Origin: Hyalangium minutum
Lineage (GTDB): Bacteria > Myxococcota > Myxococcia > Myxococcales > Myxococcaceae
Direction of reading: 5' to 3'
Length of the DNA stretch: 64,000 bases
Assembly (NCBI RefSeq): GCF_000737315.1
Contig: NZ_JMCB01000008.1
Coordinates: forward strand, 310,001 to 374,000
The translations under genes were made by a program, and so were the position numbers. Below, one piece after another: positions 1 to 10,167 of this stretch (position 1 is the first letter of the stretch; every line of letters begins with the position of its first letter). The notes under the pieces are model-generated. The model searched no databases. It saw only the letters and a program-made list of their open reading frames with translations, and had not been told where the DNA came from.

Positions 1-1068
1 CACGTGGTGGGCGGCCTCGCGGGCCAGACTGCCACCGCGCCGCAGGTCCTTCAGGCGCAGCTTGCGCTGGTGGACGGAGATGGCGCCCACGGTGACTTGG
101 CTGAAGACCGTGCCCAGGTGGGTCAGCGCGGAGAACGCGGCCGCATCCGCCTCCGAGGCCCCCAGGCTCCGGGCGGCCCAGCTCGTGACGAAGTAGTAGA
201 GCCCCAGGCCTGCGGGCACTCCCGGCAAGGACTGCCCAAGCGCGATGGCTCCCAGGACGACCGCTCCGGCGAAGAGGCCTCCGGGGATGCCCAGGCCGTG
301 CAGCGCCATGCCGTAGCCGATGGCGGGCGCCAGGACAGGCCCCACGGAGTAGAGCAACGCTACCGCCGTGCCCCGGAAGCTCCGAGCGGTGCTGAGTCCC
401 TCGGCCAGGTGCAGAAGCAGGCCCTGCAGGCGGGGCAGTTGGTGCCGGCGGTGCAAGGCGTGGGCGAGCGGCCGTGAGTAGTGGGCCAGCAACACCACCA
501 GCGCGACCAGGCCGATGCACAGGGACACGGCCACCTTCAGGGCTCCGGCGAATTGGGCCATCGTCTTCCCGAAAGGCCCCAAGAAGGACAGGGCCACGAG
601 CAGCATCAGCGCGGCGAACTCCAGCAGCTTGCAGACGGCCACGGAGCCCAGGCTCTGCAGGAAGGGCAGCTGCTGGGTCCGGGAGAGCAGGAACGAGCGG
701 ATGATGTCACCCAGCTTCCCGGGCAGCGCGTTGTGCGTGAAAGCGCCGATGGCCACCAGGTGGTAGCGCTCCTTGAAGGGCACCTTGCGCTGGAGCGTCT
801 GCTGCCACTGGAGCGCGCGCAGCGGGATGATTGAGGCGGACAGCAGCATGAACGGGATGAGCCACACCATGTGGCCCGGCAGCTCGCGGAAGAACTCCCG
901 AAGCGGGAACCGGGGCACCAGCAGCGGGCCCTCCCCGCGCAGGTTCCAGTGGAAGAAGGCCGTGGAGATCAGGACCGCGGAGACCCCCACGCCCACCACG
1001 CCCAGCAGCACGTTGAGGACCGCCCCACCCCGCTCCCCCCGCTGCCCCCAGGTCCGGGTCTCAGGCAC
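1..1068 (-). CDS. Lysylphosphatidylglycerol synthase transmembrane-domain (flippase-like, UPF0104) protein, 3' end outside window
   Basis: Manual minus-strand translation from GTG at 1068, open to the window edge. Multi-TM protein with the motif HNALPGKLGDIIRSFLLSR. Start overlaps the stop of the upstream gene. Confidence 0.75.
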   Translation of the reverse strand, partial: MPETRTWGQRGERGGAVLNVLLGVVGVGVSAVLISTAFFHWNLRGEGPLLVPRFPLREFFRELPGHMVWLIPFMLLSASIIPLRALQWQQTLQRKVPFKERYHLVAIGAFTHNALPGKLGDIIRSFLLSRTQQLPFLQSLGSVAVCKLLEFAALMLLVALSFLGPFGKTMAQFAGALKVAVSLCIGLVALVVLLAHYSRPLAHALHRRHQLPRLQGLLLHLAEGLSTARSFRGTAVALLYSVGPVLAPAIGYGMALHGLGIPGGLFAGAVVLGAIALGQSLPGVPAGLGLYYFVTSWAARSLGASEADAAAFSALTHLGTVFSQVTVGAISVHQRKLRLKDLRRGGSLAREAAHHV

Positions 1069-2614
1069 GGTATGCCTCCGAGAGGCGCTGGTGCAGGCGC
1101 ACGCAGTGGCTCAGTCCAGAGAGATCCACGGGCGCCTCGCTTGGCCAGCAGATCGTACTGCACGTCTCCGTGCGGGTGAGCCCGCCATGCGAGCCGAACT
1201 CCCAGGCGAAGCCCACGGTGGCCCCCGGCTCCACCGCCTCGCCGAAGAGCACCATGTCTCCGGCGGTACGCAGGTGCGGCAGCTCGCGCAAGTAGTCGGC
1301 CACGGCGCGCCGGCAGAACTCCCCTGCGAGCGGTGCGTTGGCCACCTCGTCCGGACCGAACACCTGGCCCTTCACCAGCGCCACCGCCGAGTTCCCTCGC
1401 CTCAGCGCCACAATCCCGATGTCCGGGTGCCGCGAGGCCCGGGCGAGCACCTCCCGGTGGTGGGCCACCAGCTCGGCGGCCTCGAGCGGCGTGTGCTCGC
1501 GCGTGAGGTAGACGTGCGCGAAGTTTCCGCACTCCATGACCACGGGCGAGTCCGTTCCCCGGGGTGCTCTCGCGGCGCCCGGCGCGCGCCCATCCAGCAG
1601 CCCACGCTCCACATCCGCAGCCAGGGGCACCGGCGCTCCCCGGAGGAGCATGTCCTCCAGGTGCTGGCCCTGGCGCTTCTCGAACGGGAGGCTGCCCACG
1701 TGGCCGTGGTCGGTGAGGAGGACGACGTCGTAGGGGTGCTCGACGGCGCGGCCCATGGCGTACAGCTCGGCCAGGTAGGCGTCGACACGGTGCAGCTCCG
1801 CGATGGCCTGCGCGGAGCGAGGGCCGCGCCGGTGCGCCACCTCATCGAAGTTGCCGAAGACGAGGTAGATGGCAGGCACGCCCCGCACCATGTCCACGAG
1901 CGCCTTGGTGTGCGCGAAGCTCCAGCCCAGCCGCTGCAGCATGACCCGGCTGAGGAGGAAGCCATGCTCGTGGCGCCAGTCGCCCAGGGCTCGAGCCCAC
2001 CGCCAGATGTCCTGCATCGCGCGCAATGAGTCCGCGCCGAGCGAGCGCAGGTATCGCCAGGGGTTCTCGGTGCGCGCGACGAACAGGCCCTCCATTTCGG
2101 AGGACAGCGAGCGCGCCATGACCTTGAGGCTGGCGAGCGTGCTCATGCACAGCCGGTTGCGAGCGCCCGCATGGAACAGGGAGAAGTACGTGTGCCCGCC
2201 GCCCGCCAGCAGGCTCGTCTCACTGCTGCGCCAGAGCCGCTGCTCGATGTGGAGCGCGTCCTTCGGCGTGTTCATCTGAACCTTGCGGCCCAGCTCGCGA
2301 TCGAACCACGAGTAGGCAGGGAGGTTCGGGTGCTCGATGCCGTAGAGCAGCCCCGCCTGGAAGAAGGGCGTGGAGGCGGGCGAGCCCCAGAAGGCCCTCT
2401 CCAGGTGGTACGTCCCCGAGCGCACCAGCCGGGAGAGGAACGGCATGCTCCCCGTCTGAACAGCCTCGTCGAGGAGCGCTTTGGGAACGCCGTCAAGATG
2501 TACAACGAGCAGGTGGCGCTGCCGTTTTGAAGGGAAGGCTGGAACTTTCCGGCCGATCTGGCGAGCAAGCGTACATGCCCATGCCTGCAACTCTGAGGTG
2601 AGGACTTGGTTCAC
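1061..2614 (-). CDS. Alkaline phosphatase superfamily (type I phosphodiesterase/nucleotide pyrophosphatase-like) protein
   Basis: ORF track. Motifs LLVVHLDG, PASTPFFQ, D..AH, LTDHGH, FGSHGG. Confidence 0.75.
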   Translation of the reverse strand: MNQVLTSELQAWACTLARQIGRKVPAFPSKRQRHLLVVHLDGVPKALLDEAVQTGSMPFLSRLVRSGTYHLERAFWGSPASTPFFQAGLLYGIEHPNLPAYSWFDRELGRKVQMNTPKDALHIEQRLWRSSETSLLAGGGHTYFSLFHAGARNRLCMSTLASLKVMARSLSSEMEGLFVARTENPWRYLRSLGADSLRAMQDIWRWARALGDWRHEHGFLLSRVMLQRLGWSFAHTKALVDMVRGVPAIYLVFGNFDEVAHRRGPRSAQAIAELHRVDAYLAELYAMGRAVEHPYDVVLLTDHGHVGSLPFEKRQGQHLEDMLLRGAPVPLAADVERGLLDGRAPGAARAPRGTDSPVVMECGNFAHVYLTREHTPLEAAELVAHHREVLARASRHPDIGIVALRRGNSAVALVKGQVFGPDEVANAPLAGEFCRRAVADYLRELPHLRTAGDMVLFGEAVEPGATVGFAWEFGSHGGLTRTETCSTICWPSEAPVDLSGLSHCVRLHQRLSEAYRA

Positions 2615-2770
2615 GTTGACGTCTCCCCGCTTTGGAGAGCCAAAATGAACATGCGAGGAGAAAGCAGCCGCGCGATCGCGTGAGCCTTCTTGGTGGGCGA
2701 GCGGGCGAGGCTCCTGGACCTGAGCGTGGGTTGGAGAGTCCAGGCCCCTTGGGGCATGACGGAGGCTCGC

Positions 2771-3943
2771 ATGCTGCTCCCCTCACTCGTGCTCGCCCTG
2801 GTGAGCGCCTCTCCCGTGGCGCCCACGGTGCCCACAGCCTCCGTACCGAAGCCCGCCTCGAAGGATGGCAGCGTGGATGGCATCGCGCTGCCGCTGCTGA
2901 GCTTCAACTCGGACTTTGGCGTGGGCTACGGCGTGGTGGGGGGCATGTATATCTACGGCGACGGCCGTCAGCCGTATCAGCACGGCCTGGGCGCCCAGGT
3001 GTTCTTCACGAGCCGGGGCGTGCAGAACCACTACCTGCGCTACGACGGACCGAGGCTGCTGGGCCCGCTGCGGGTGGAGGGGCGGTTCGAGTACAAGCGC
3101 GAGTTCCAGAGCCCCTTCTATGGCGCGGGCAACCGCTCGGCGTCGGAGTTCACGGGGAATGTGAAGGACGCCTGGTACAACTATGACAAGGGCTCACCGG
3201 GCGCGTGGCTGCGGCTGCGCGGAAAGCCGTGGGGCGAGGACCATCCGTTCCAGGCATACGCGGGCTATTCGTGGCGGTACACGCGGGTGTCGCCCTACGA
3301 GGCGTCGATGCTCGCGGAGATGCAGCCGCTGGGCATCGAGGGCGGCTCCACGGGGCAGATCCTGCTCGGAGCGCTCTGGGACACGCGGGACAACGAGTCG
3401 GATCCGTCCACGGGCGGAGCCGAGGAGCTGGCGCTCCGCATCTCGGGACACACGACGGGGAGCCGCTATCGGTATGCGGGAGTGACACTGAGTGAGCGGC
3501 GGTACTTCCGGCTGGGCTCGCGGTTCATCTTCGCGCAGCGGGTGTCGTTGGACATGCTGTTCGGCGACGTGCCCTTCTTCGAGTGGAGCACGACGGGCGG
3601 GGTGAACTTCACCGAGGGGGTGGGAGGAATGAGCAGCGTGCGCGGCATCGAGCGCAACCGGTTCGTGGGGAACATCAAGGTGTTCTCGAACACGGAGCTG
3701 CGCTTCCACGCGCTGGACCTGCGAATCCTGGGGCAGCCGATGAAGCTGGGCATGGCGGCGTTCTTGGACTTGGGGCGGGTGTGGCACCCGGGCGTGACGG
3801 ATGGAGCGTGGCATGAGTGGCACCCGGGTGCGGGCGCGGGCCTGCGGGTGACTCGGCGCGCGGCGGTCATTCGCGTGGACTACGCGCTGTCCACGGAGAC
3901 GGGCGGCCAGCGCTTCTACATGAATTACGGGCACATGTTTTAG
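2771..3943 (+). CDS. Omp85/BamA-TamA family outer-membrane beta-barrel protein
   Basis: Signal peptide after GGAGG RBS (ATG 2771). LPLLSFNSDFGVGYG barrel start, VRG.ERNRF lid-loop motif, C-terminal F. Confidence 0.8.
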   Translation: MLLPSLVLALVSASPVAPTVPTASVPKPASKDGSVDGIALPLLSFNSDFGVGYGVVGGMYIYGDGRQPYQHGLGAQVFFTSRGVQNHYLRYDGPRLLGPLRVEGRFEYKREFQSPFYGAGNRSASEFTGNVKDAWYNYDKGSPGAWLRLRGKPWGEDHPFQAYAGYSWRYTRVSPYEASMLAEMQPLGIEGGSTGQILLGALWDTRDNESDPSTGGAEELALRISGHTTGSRYRYAGVTLSERRYFRLGSRFIFAQRVSLDMLFGDVPFFEWSTTGGVNFTEGVGGMSSVRGIERNRFVGNIKVFSNTELRFHALDLRILGQPMKLGMAAFLDLGRVWHPGVTDGAWHEWHPGAGAGLRVTRRAAVIRVDYALSTETGGQRFYMNYGHMF

Positions 3944-3958
3944 TAGCGTCCCGGGTCT

Positions 3959-4393
3959 ATGACCCTTGCCCGCCTCGCTCCGCCGTCCTCCGCTGTGCTG
4001 CGCAACCTGCTCCTCGTGATGACCCTGGGAGCGCTCACCTCGGCGTGCGGAGGAGAGTCCTGTGACGTGGGCTCGGAGATGTACCGCACGGAGCTGTTCT
4101 TCGGGCTCGATCGGGAGAACACCACGTCCGTCAGCGAGGCGGAGTGGCAGAACTTCGTCGACACCACGGTCACGCCCCGCTTCAGCAGTGGCCTGACGAT
4201 GTTCGATGCCAATGGCCAGTACCTGATGGACAACGGCAACCTGATACACGAGGACAGCAAGGTGATCGTGCTGCTGCACGATGGCAGCGATGCCATCTCG
4301 AACAGCATCGACACCATCCGCGAGGAGTACAAGTCGCGCTTCAGCCAGGAAGCCGTCCTCCGGGTCGACTCGGTCTCGTGCGTCGCCTTCTAG
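3959..4393 (+). CDS. DUF3574-like lipoprotein
   Basis: Lipobox-like LTSAC. Motifs YRTELFFG, VSEAEWQNFVDTTVTPRFSSGLT, FSQEAVLRVD. Confidence 0.75.
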   Translation: MTLARLAPPSSAVLRNLLLVMTLGALTSACGGESCDVGSEMYRTELFFGLDRENTTSVSEAEWQNFVDTTVTPRFSSGLTMFDANGQYLMDNGNLIHEDSKVIVLLHDGSDAISNSIDTIREEYKSRFSQEAVLRVDSVSCVAF

Positions 4394-4403
4394 CGGTTGA
4401 GCG

Positions 4404-5915
4404 ATGAATGTACGCTCGTGGCTGCTCCTCCTCGCGTTCTTCCTGCTGGCCGCTGCCTGTGCCACAGATGAGGGCGCTGCCCGCAAGGCCGATGCTTCGG
4501 ACACCGGCTCGCGCATCGCACTCCTGGCCGAGGATGCACTGCCCCTCGTCACCCGCCCACCGGTACGCCGTGCTCCCATCGAGGTGACGAAGGAGCAGTA
4601 CCACGAGGCCATGGTGCAGTTGGCGAAACGCCTGCGGCACACACTGCCTCTCCGGCCACCGGCGCAGGTGGCTGTCATCTCTTGGGGGGATCCTGAGCAG
4701 CCCAACGAGCAGGCCCAGCTAGTCCGCGAGTACTACCAGTGGTGCGAGCAACGAGGAACGCCGGGAGACTGCCTCGGCTTGCTCCAAGACGGCCATTTGC
4801 TGACTGACGGGGACAAACAGGCCCTGGCCTTCGCCCTGGCCACTCGAGGTGTTTGGAGCGGTACGGCCACGGTCATCGGCGAGGTTCTCGATCCGGTACA
4901 ACTGCAGATTGCGTTGGTGAGCACCATCACGATGACGATGGCGCTCCTGGCGATTCCCGAGCCCATCTCGAAGGTGGTCGTCCTCGTGCTCACGGCCTCG
5001 CTGGTGGGCTACGTGGGTTGGGACACGCTGGTGGGACTCATTGAGGGCTGGCGCCGGCTTGAGCAGGAATGCCAGCAAGCGCGCACGTTCGTGGAGGTGC
5101 GGGCGGCCGGCGAGCGCTACGGGCAGGTGATGGGAGAGAAAGTCACCCGGCTGCTCATCCTGGCAGCAACAGCCGCGCTGGCCTCGGGAGGCAACAAGTT
5201 CATCAGCGGTGGGCTGCCGGGGCTGCCCGCGGCTTCGCGCCTGGCGACCTCCGAAGGACTCAGCTTCGAACTGCTCGGCACCGTGCGATCCATGACCGTA
5301 ACGGGCCGCATCCTCACGGTCTCTCTGGAATCCAACGCCCTGCTGATGGCCAACCAGGGCATGGGCAGCGGTGGCAATCCGCCGCCTCGTTCCGCCTCGT
5401 CCGACTCAGCGGCTTCTGGCTCGAAGCATCGGCTGCTCTCCATCGAATCCTGGCGCAAACCGCGCCTCACTGCGGACGGCCGGATCCTTCCGTTCAAGAA
5501 CAGCCGCACACCCGCGGACCCTATTCCGAACATGGGGAAGAATCGCGCCGGGCAATCGGTCACGCGGGGGAGGACGGCCATCCGCTTCGACAAGAACGGG
5601 TTCCCTGAGTTCGAGCCCCGATTTGAAACGTTGATCGATGACGCACACATCGGAAGTGGGAAGCACCTGTCACACTTCAAGGCCGCTAACGAAAAGCTCT
5701 TCCGTGCGATCGAACGCGACCCAAACCTGGCCAAGCAGCTCGGCTTGGGAGCCGAGGACATCCAGGCACTGGCGAACTCGCATCAAGCCCCACCTGGATT
5801 CAAATGGCATCACCACCAGGACGTGGGTCGAATGCAGCTCATTACAGAGGCTGAGCACCGAGCCGCGATTCCTCACACAGGGGGTATGGCCATCTGGGGT
5901 GGAGGCTATCCCTAA
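4404..5915 (+). CDS. Lipoprotein polymorphic toxin (SitA-like) with C-terminal HNH/WHH-type nuclease
   Basis: Lipobox LAAAC. Myxobacterial N-terminal YYQWCEQRGTPGDCLGLL. C-terminus GFKWHHHQDVGRMQL...H...PHTGG. Stop overlaps the next start (TAATG). Confidence 0.85.
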   Translation: MNVRSWLLLLAFFLLAAACATDEGAARKADASDTGSRIALLAEDALPLVTRPPVRRAPIEVTKEQYHEAMVQLAKRLRHTLPLRPPAQVAVISWGDPEQPNEQAQLVREYYQWCEQRGTPGDCLGLLQDGHLLTDGDKQALAFALATRGVWSGTATVIGEVLDPVQLQIALVSTITMTMALLAIPEPISKVVVLVLTASLVGYVGWDTLVGLIEGWRRLEQECQQARTFVEVRAAGERYGQVMGEKVTRLLILAATAALASGGNKFISGGLPGLPAASRLATSEGLSFELLGTVRSMTVTGRILTVSLESNALLMANQGMGSGGNPPPRSASSDSAASGSKHRLLSIESWRKPRLTADGRILPFKNSRTPADPIPNMGKNRAGQSVTRGRTAIRFDKNGFPEFEPRFETLIDDAHIGSGKHLSHFKAANEKLFRAIERDPNLAKQLGLGAEDIQALANSHQAPPGFKWHHHQDVGRMQLITEAEHRAAIPHTGGMAIWGGGYP

Positions 5916-6373
5916 TGACGGTCCATTGGACGCCACGCATCTGGAAGCGCCCCTACCCAGCGACTCCTCTCGACGTAGAGAGGCTCGAAAAAGCTTGGGG
6001 GGTCAAACTCCCCGAGGACTACAAACAAGTCGCAATGCAGTACCAGGGGATGACACCCTTTCCTGATGTGATCGACATCGGCAAGGGGAACACCGTCGTC
6101 AGCGAACTCCTGACCATCAGCGAGAGCGAAGACGAAGATCTGCGGATCTACTCGATGGCTGACACCTACGAGCTCATCAAGGACCACGTCCCGCAGGGCA
6201 TCTACCCATTCGCAGGAACAGGGGCTGGCGACTTCATCTGCTTCGACTACCGAAGCAACCCCTATGCCCCCAAGGTCGTCTTCTACTTCACGGAAGAAGC
6301 GGGGGAACAAGCCATTCACGTGGTTGCGAACAGCTTCAGCGAGTTCCTCTCCAAGCTCCACAACGGGGAATGA
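5915..6373 (+). CDS. SMI1/KNR4 family immunity protein
   Basis: ERLEKAWGVKLPEDYKQ...YPFAGTGAGDFICFDY...VANSFSEFL. Translationally coupled to the toxin. Confidence 0.85.
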   Translation: MTVHWTPRIWKRPYPATPLDVERLEKAWGVKLPEDYKQVAMQYQGMTPFPDVIDIGKGNTVVSELLTISESEDEDLRIYSMADTYELIKDHVPQGIYPFAGTGAGDFICFDYRSNPYAPKVVFYFTEEAGEQAIHVVANSFSEFLSKLHNGE

Positions 6374-6520
6374 CTGATATCCCTCTCAAATCCCAACGTT
6401 TCTGATTTCCCTCAAGTATTTGAGCTTGGCATCTGCTCCCCAGCAATATTCTCAAAATCCCCTGGGAGAACGTAGCTCTTTCTACCTCTGCGACTGCGCA
6501 CCCCACTTGTGCAGCAGAGG

Positions 6521-7140
6521 CTACTTCGCCAGCGCGCGCAGCGGTTCATCCCGGCCCACCACGATGAAGGGCGCCCAGTAGTGCGGATGGAGCTGGGTGG
6601 CGCGCAGCTCGCGCATGGCTTCTTTCAGGGCGCTGGCCCGGCCCTGCCCCGCCAGCAGGTTCCGGAAGTAGGCCTCCATCAGCTGCGAGGTGGTGTCGTC
6701 ATTCACCTTCCAGAGGCTCATCACCACCGTCTCCGCGCCGGCGACCATGAAGGCGCGACGCAGCCCATATACCCCCTGGCCGAGTTCCACATCCCCCGGC
6801 CCGTGTCACAGGCGGACAGCACCACCAGCTGAGTGCCCTACAGGTTCAGGCCCGCCAGCTCCAAGGCTGTCACCCATGCGCTCTCAGGCGGAGGCCGGGG
6901 GGAGCCGGAGGGTCTGGGCGCGTTGGCCCCCGCCAGGAGCAGGCCGGAGCGAAGCAGCGGATCCGGCGGCCGGGGAGCCTGGGAGTCCTCGCCCATCCCC
7001 CCGAAATGGACCATGGCCCGTGAGGCGGGGGGAGCGGCCGTGTCCTCCAGGAAGAAGCCATGGGTGGCCAGGTGGAGGATGCCGGGCGTGGGTAGCTGCA
7101 GCAGCCGCTCCTTGGTGGCCTCCGCCCCCAGGAAGACGGG
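6521..7140 (-). pseudogene. CHAT (caspase-like) domain relic, 5'-truncated
   Basis: ILHLATHGFF and LVVLSACDTG motifs. In-frame TAG at 6838-6840 and a 1-nt frameshift in the C-run near 6795. No start codon; abuts the PMK stop. Confidence 0.85.
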
Positions 7141-7145
7141 ACGGC

Positions 7146-8225
7146 TCAGGCGTGTGCGTCCAGCCAGGCGCGGAGCCGTGGGTCCGCCTGGGCCTCGCCG
7201 CGCAGCCCGGGCTCCACCTCAAGCGTCATTGAGTGGAACCCGCGCGCTTCCAGGCCCTTCATCAGCTCGGCGCGAGCTTCTGGGTTCGGGGCAAAGAGGA
7301 TGCACCCGTCCCCGCCTCCCGCTCCGGACTGCTTGCCCGCGCAGTCGTAGGACGCGGCAATGGCCAGGATGCGCCGCATGGCATCGGTCTCGGTCGGCCC
7401 CAGTTCCTGGAGCAGCGCCTGCTGGGCTGTCACCGCTTCCTTGAACGCCCGGAAGTCTCCGCCGCCCAGCCCTTCCTCGATGGCATGCCCCACTGCGTCC
7501 GAGCGCGCCACGAAGGCCTGGCGCGCGGCCGCGTCCATCCGCGCCTCCACCTGGGAGATGAGCACCCGCGTCGAAGCGCTCTCCCCTGTGAAGGCATATG
7601 CCAGCGACAGCTTCGGCGGAGGCAACCGCCACACGTCCACCGAGGGTGACTCCAGCAGCGCCGCCCGGAACCCTCCAGTACTCGAGGCCGCCATCAGCGC
7701 CGAGACGTCATACCGCCGGTAGCGCAGCACGCCCCCGGCGAAGCTCGCCGCCACGTCTCCGCCACTCCCCTTCCCGCTCTGCCCCAGCGTGTGCGCCACC
7801 AGCGCCAGCTTCAGCGCATCGAAGCGCTCCTCCAGCACGTACCGCGCCGCGTCCGCCGCCAGCACTGTCGCGCAAGCGCTCCCGCCCATGCCCAGCTTGA
7901 GCCCTCCAGGGCCCACCGCCGAGGGCGCCACCGCCAGCTCGAAGCCCACGCCTTGCCGGCCATGCGCCCGCAGCGCCTCGTCCAGCGTCCTCGCCACGAA
8001 GGCGAACCCCGCCGGAACCTCCCCATCCCACCGCACGCCCTTGGGCGTGGCGCTCCCCTTCAGCGTGCCCTCCTCCAGGCACACGTGCACCCGCGCATCC
8101 GCCCGCCGCCGCACCAGCGCCGCCGTCCGAGGCCCCACCGCCGCCACCCGTGCCACGCCGCCCCACAGCACGGCGTACTCGCCCGCCACGAACAGCTTCC
8201 CCGGTGCCGAGAGCGCCCGTTCCAT
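7146..8225 (-). CDS. Phosphomevalonate kinase (GHMP kinase)
   Basis: APGKLFVAGEY, KLGMGGSAC, KGSGGDVAAS, KQSGAGGGD. Last gene of the mevalonate operon. Confidence 0.85.
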   Translation of the reverse strand: MERALSAPGKLFVAGEYAVLWGGVARVAAVGPRTAALVRRRADARVHVCLEEGTLKGSATPKGVRWDGEVPAGFAFVARTLDEALRAHGRQGVGFELAVAPSAVGPGGLKLGMGGSACATVLAADAARYVLEERFDALKLALVAHTLGQSGKGSGGDVAASFAGGVLRYRRYDVSALMAASSTGGFRAALLESPSVDVWRLPPPKLSLAYAFTGESASTRVLISQVEARMDAAARQAFVARSDAVGHAIEEGLGGGDFRAFKEAVTAQQALLQELGPTETDAMRRILAIAASYDCAGKQSGAGGGDGCILFAPNPEARAELMKGLEARGFHSMTLEVEPGLRGEAQADPRLRAWLDAHA

Positions 8226-9211
8226 CAGAAGAGGTGCTCGCCCTTCAGCTCCGCGTCGCCGCCCGGCACGCAGCGAATCACATCCACCGCGCCACAGGCC
8301 CTCGCCAGCGCCTCGGCCGCCACCTCATGCGCCGCGTCCGTCAGCAGCACCGGGTTCGGCCCCGCATCCAGCGTGAACCACACCGGCATCCCCTTCTTCC
8401 GCTGCTCCCGAAGGTGCTGAATCAACCCCAGCGTCGCCGGGTTCATGTAGCAGAGCGGCGGATCCGCCGCGAACGCCGTCGAGTGCATCCGCCATGCGTT
8501 GCGCTCCGCCAGTTCCCCGAGCGCCTGCAAGTCCTTGCGCTGGAGGATCTCCACCGCCCGAGGCACCTCTGCCTCCGCGTCCTTCACCCACGCCGCGTAG
8601 TACGGGCTCGTGTCCACCGTGTGCTTCATCCCATCCCGCGACTTCACCTCCTTCTCGTCGCGGTTCAGGATGGCCACCACCATCCGCAGCTCCGGCCAGT
8701 GCTTCGCATCGAAGCGCTGCACCGCGTAGCTGTCCGTCCCATCCGCCCGCTCGCCGCGGCGCCACTCGCAGAACCCGCCCTGCACGCTCCGGCACGCCGA
8801 GCCGCTGCCCAACCGCGCCAGCATGCTCGCCACCTTCGGGTCCGCCTTCAGCCCCGCTGCCTCCCGGGCCGCCACCGCCAGCGCCGCGAAGCCCGCCGCG
8901 CTGCTCGCCAGCCCCGCCGACGCCGGGAAGTCCCCGCGAGACACCATCTTCGCGGGCCCCAGCTTGCCGCCCGCCTCGCCTCGCACCGCCTCGAGCACCC
9001 GCAGCACCCGGTCCCGCTCGCTGCCCTTCGCGGTGTGGCCGTTGATCTCCACCTGATCCGACGCCGCGCCGAACTCCACCGTGGTGGTGACGGACAGCGG
9101 CGCCAGCGTCAGGGACAGACTCGATTGATGCGGAAGAATCAGCGCGTCGTCCCGCTTCCCCCAGTACTTGACCAGGGCGATGTTGGGATGCGCCAGAACA
9201 GTCGCTTTCAT
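8225..9211 (-). CDS. mvaD: Diphosphomevalonate decarboxylase
   Basis: ATG at 9211. AHPNIALVKYWGKRD, AGLASSAAG, GSGSACRS, TLDAGPN. Confidence 0.95.
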   Translation of the reverse strand: MKATVLAHPNIALVKYWGKRDDALILPHQSSLSLTLAPLSVTTTVEFGAASDQVEINGHTAKGSERDRVLRVLEAVRGEAGGKLGPAKMVSRGDFPASAGLASSAAGFAALAVAAREAAGLKADPKVASMLARLGSGSACRSVQGGFCEWRRGERADGTDSYAVQRFDAKHWPELRMVVAILNRDEKEVKSRDGMKHTVDTSPYYAAWVKDAEAEVPRAVEILQRKDLQALGELAERNAWRMHSTAFAADPPLCYMNPATLGLIQHLREQRKKGMPVWFTLDAGPNPVLLTDAAHEVAAEALARACGAVDVIRCVPGGDAELKGEHLF

Positions 9212-9219
9212 GGAAACAC

Positions 9220-10152
9220 TCACAGCGCTCGCGGCCCCGCGAGCTGGCTGGTGAAGCACCGAACCCCCTGCTGCAGCAGCTTCGCCGCAGCGGGCTCGGG
9301 CTCCAGGAAGAGCCCAATCACCGCGCCGCCGTCGCCACCCGCCCCTGTCAGCTTCGCGCCCAGGGCCCCCAGAGCGCGCAGCCGGTACACCATCTCCTCC
9401 AGCGGCGGCGAGGACAGCCCCAGCGCCGCCAACAACCCCTGGTTGACGTTCATCGCGTCCCCCAGCGCCTCCAACTCCCCCGCCTCCACCGCCTTCGCCC
9501 CCTCCGTCGCCACCACGCCAACCTCCCGGAACAGCCGCCGGTACCGCTCCGGCCACCGCGCCTGCCGCTCCCGCAGCGCCCCCACCGTCTTCTTCGTAGG
9601 GCTGCGCTCGCCCGCCAGCGCCACCAGCACCTGGAGCGGCCGGGGGCTCTTCACCCCCCGCGCCTTCCCCGAGGACTGGTCCGGCAGCCGCTTATAAAGG
9701 ATGAGTTCCTGCATGGCGCTCGTGGTGTGGTCCACGCCGGAGGGCGTGCCGTGGAACTCCTGCTCCATGGCCAGCGCCACCTGCGCCACCTCGCGCGCCG
9801 ATTCCTTCTTCCCCGCCGCCTTCAGCAGCACCCGCGCGCACGCCACCGACACCGCCGCCGAGCTGCCCAACCCCATGGACAGCGGCAGCTCGGACTCCAG
9901 CGACACCTTCACGGAAGGATTGCCGCACAGGTCCGCCGCGCGAAGGAACGCCTTCGTCAGCAGCGCACGCTGCGCCCGGTTGAACGGGTCCGCCAGCGCC
10001 AGCTGGGGCTTCCGCGCCTTCACTGCACTGGCCGTCACCCCGCGGCTCAGAGCCCCTGCCAGCGCGGGGTACCCGTACACCACGCTGTGCTCACCCAACA
10101 GGATGACCTTGCCTGCACCGAAGCCCGTCAGGGGCGCCGCCTGTGAATCCAT
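9220..10152 (-). CDS. mvk: Mevalonate kinase
   Basis: GKVILLGEHSVVYG, PLSMGLGSSAA, HGTPSGVD, KLTGAGGDGG. Confidence 0.93.
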   Translation of the reverse strand: MDSQAAPLTGFGAGKVILLGEHSVVYGYPALAGALSRGVTASAVKARKPQLALADPFNRAQRALLTKAFLRAADLCGNPSVKVSLESELPLSMGLGSSAAVSVACARVLLKAAGKKESAREVAQVALAMEQEFHGTPSGVDHTTSAMQELILYKRLPDQSSGKARGVKSPRPLQVLVALAGERSPTKKTVGALRERQARWPERYRRLFREVGVVATEGAKAVEAGELEALGDAMNVNQGLLAALGLSSPPLEEMVYRLRALGALGAKLTGAGGDGGAVIGLFLEPEPAAAKLLQQGVRCFTSQLAGPRAL

Positions 10153-10167
10153 AGATGGGGGCGCACC

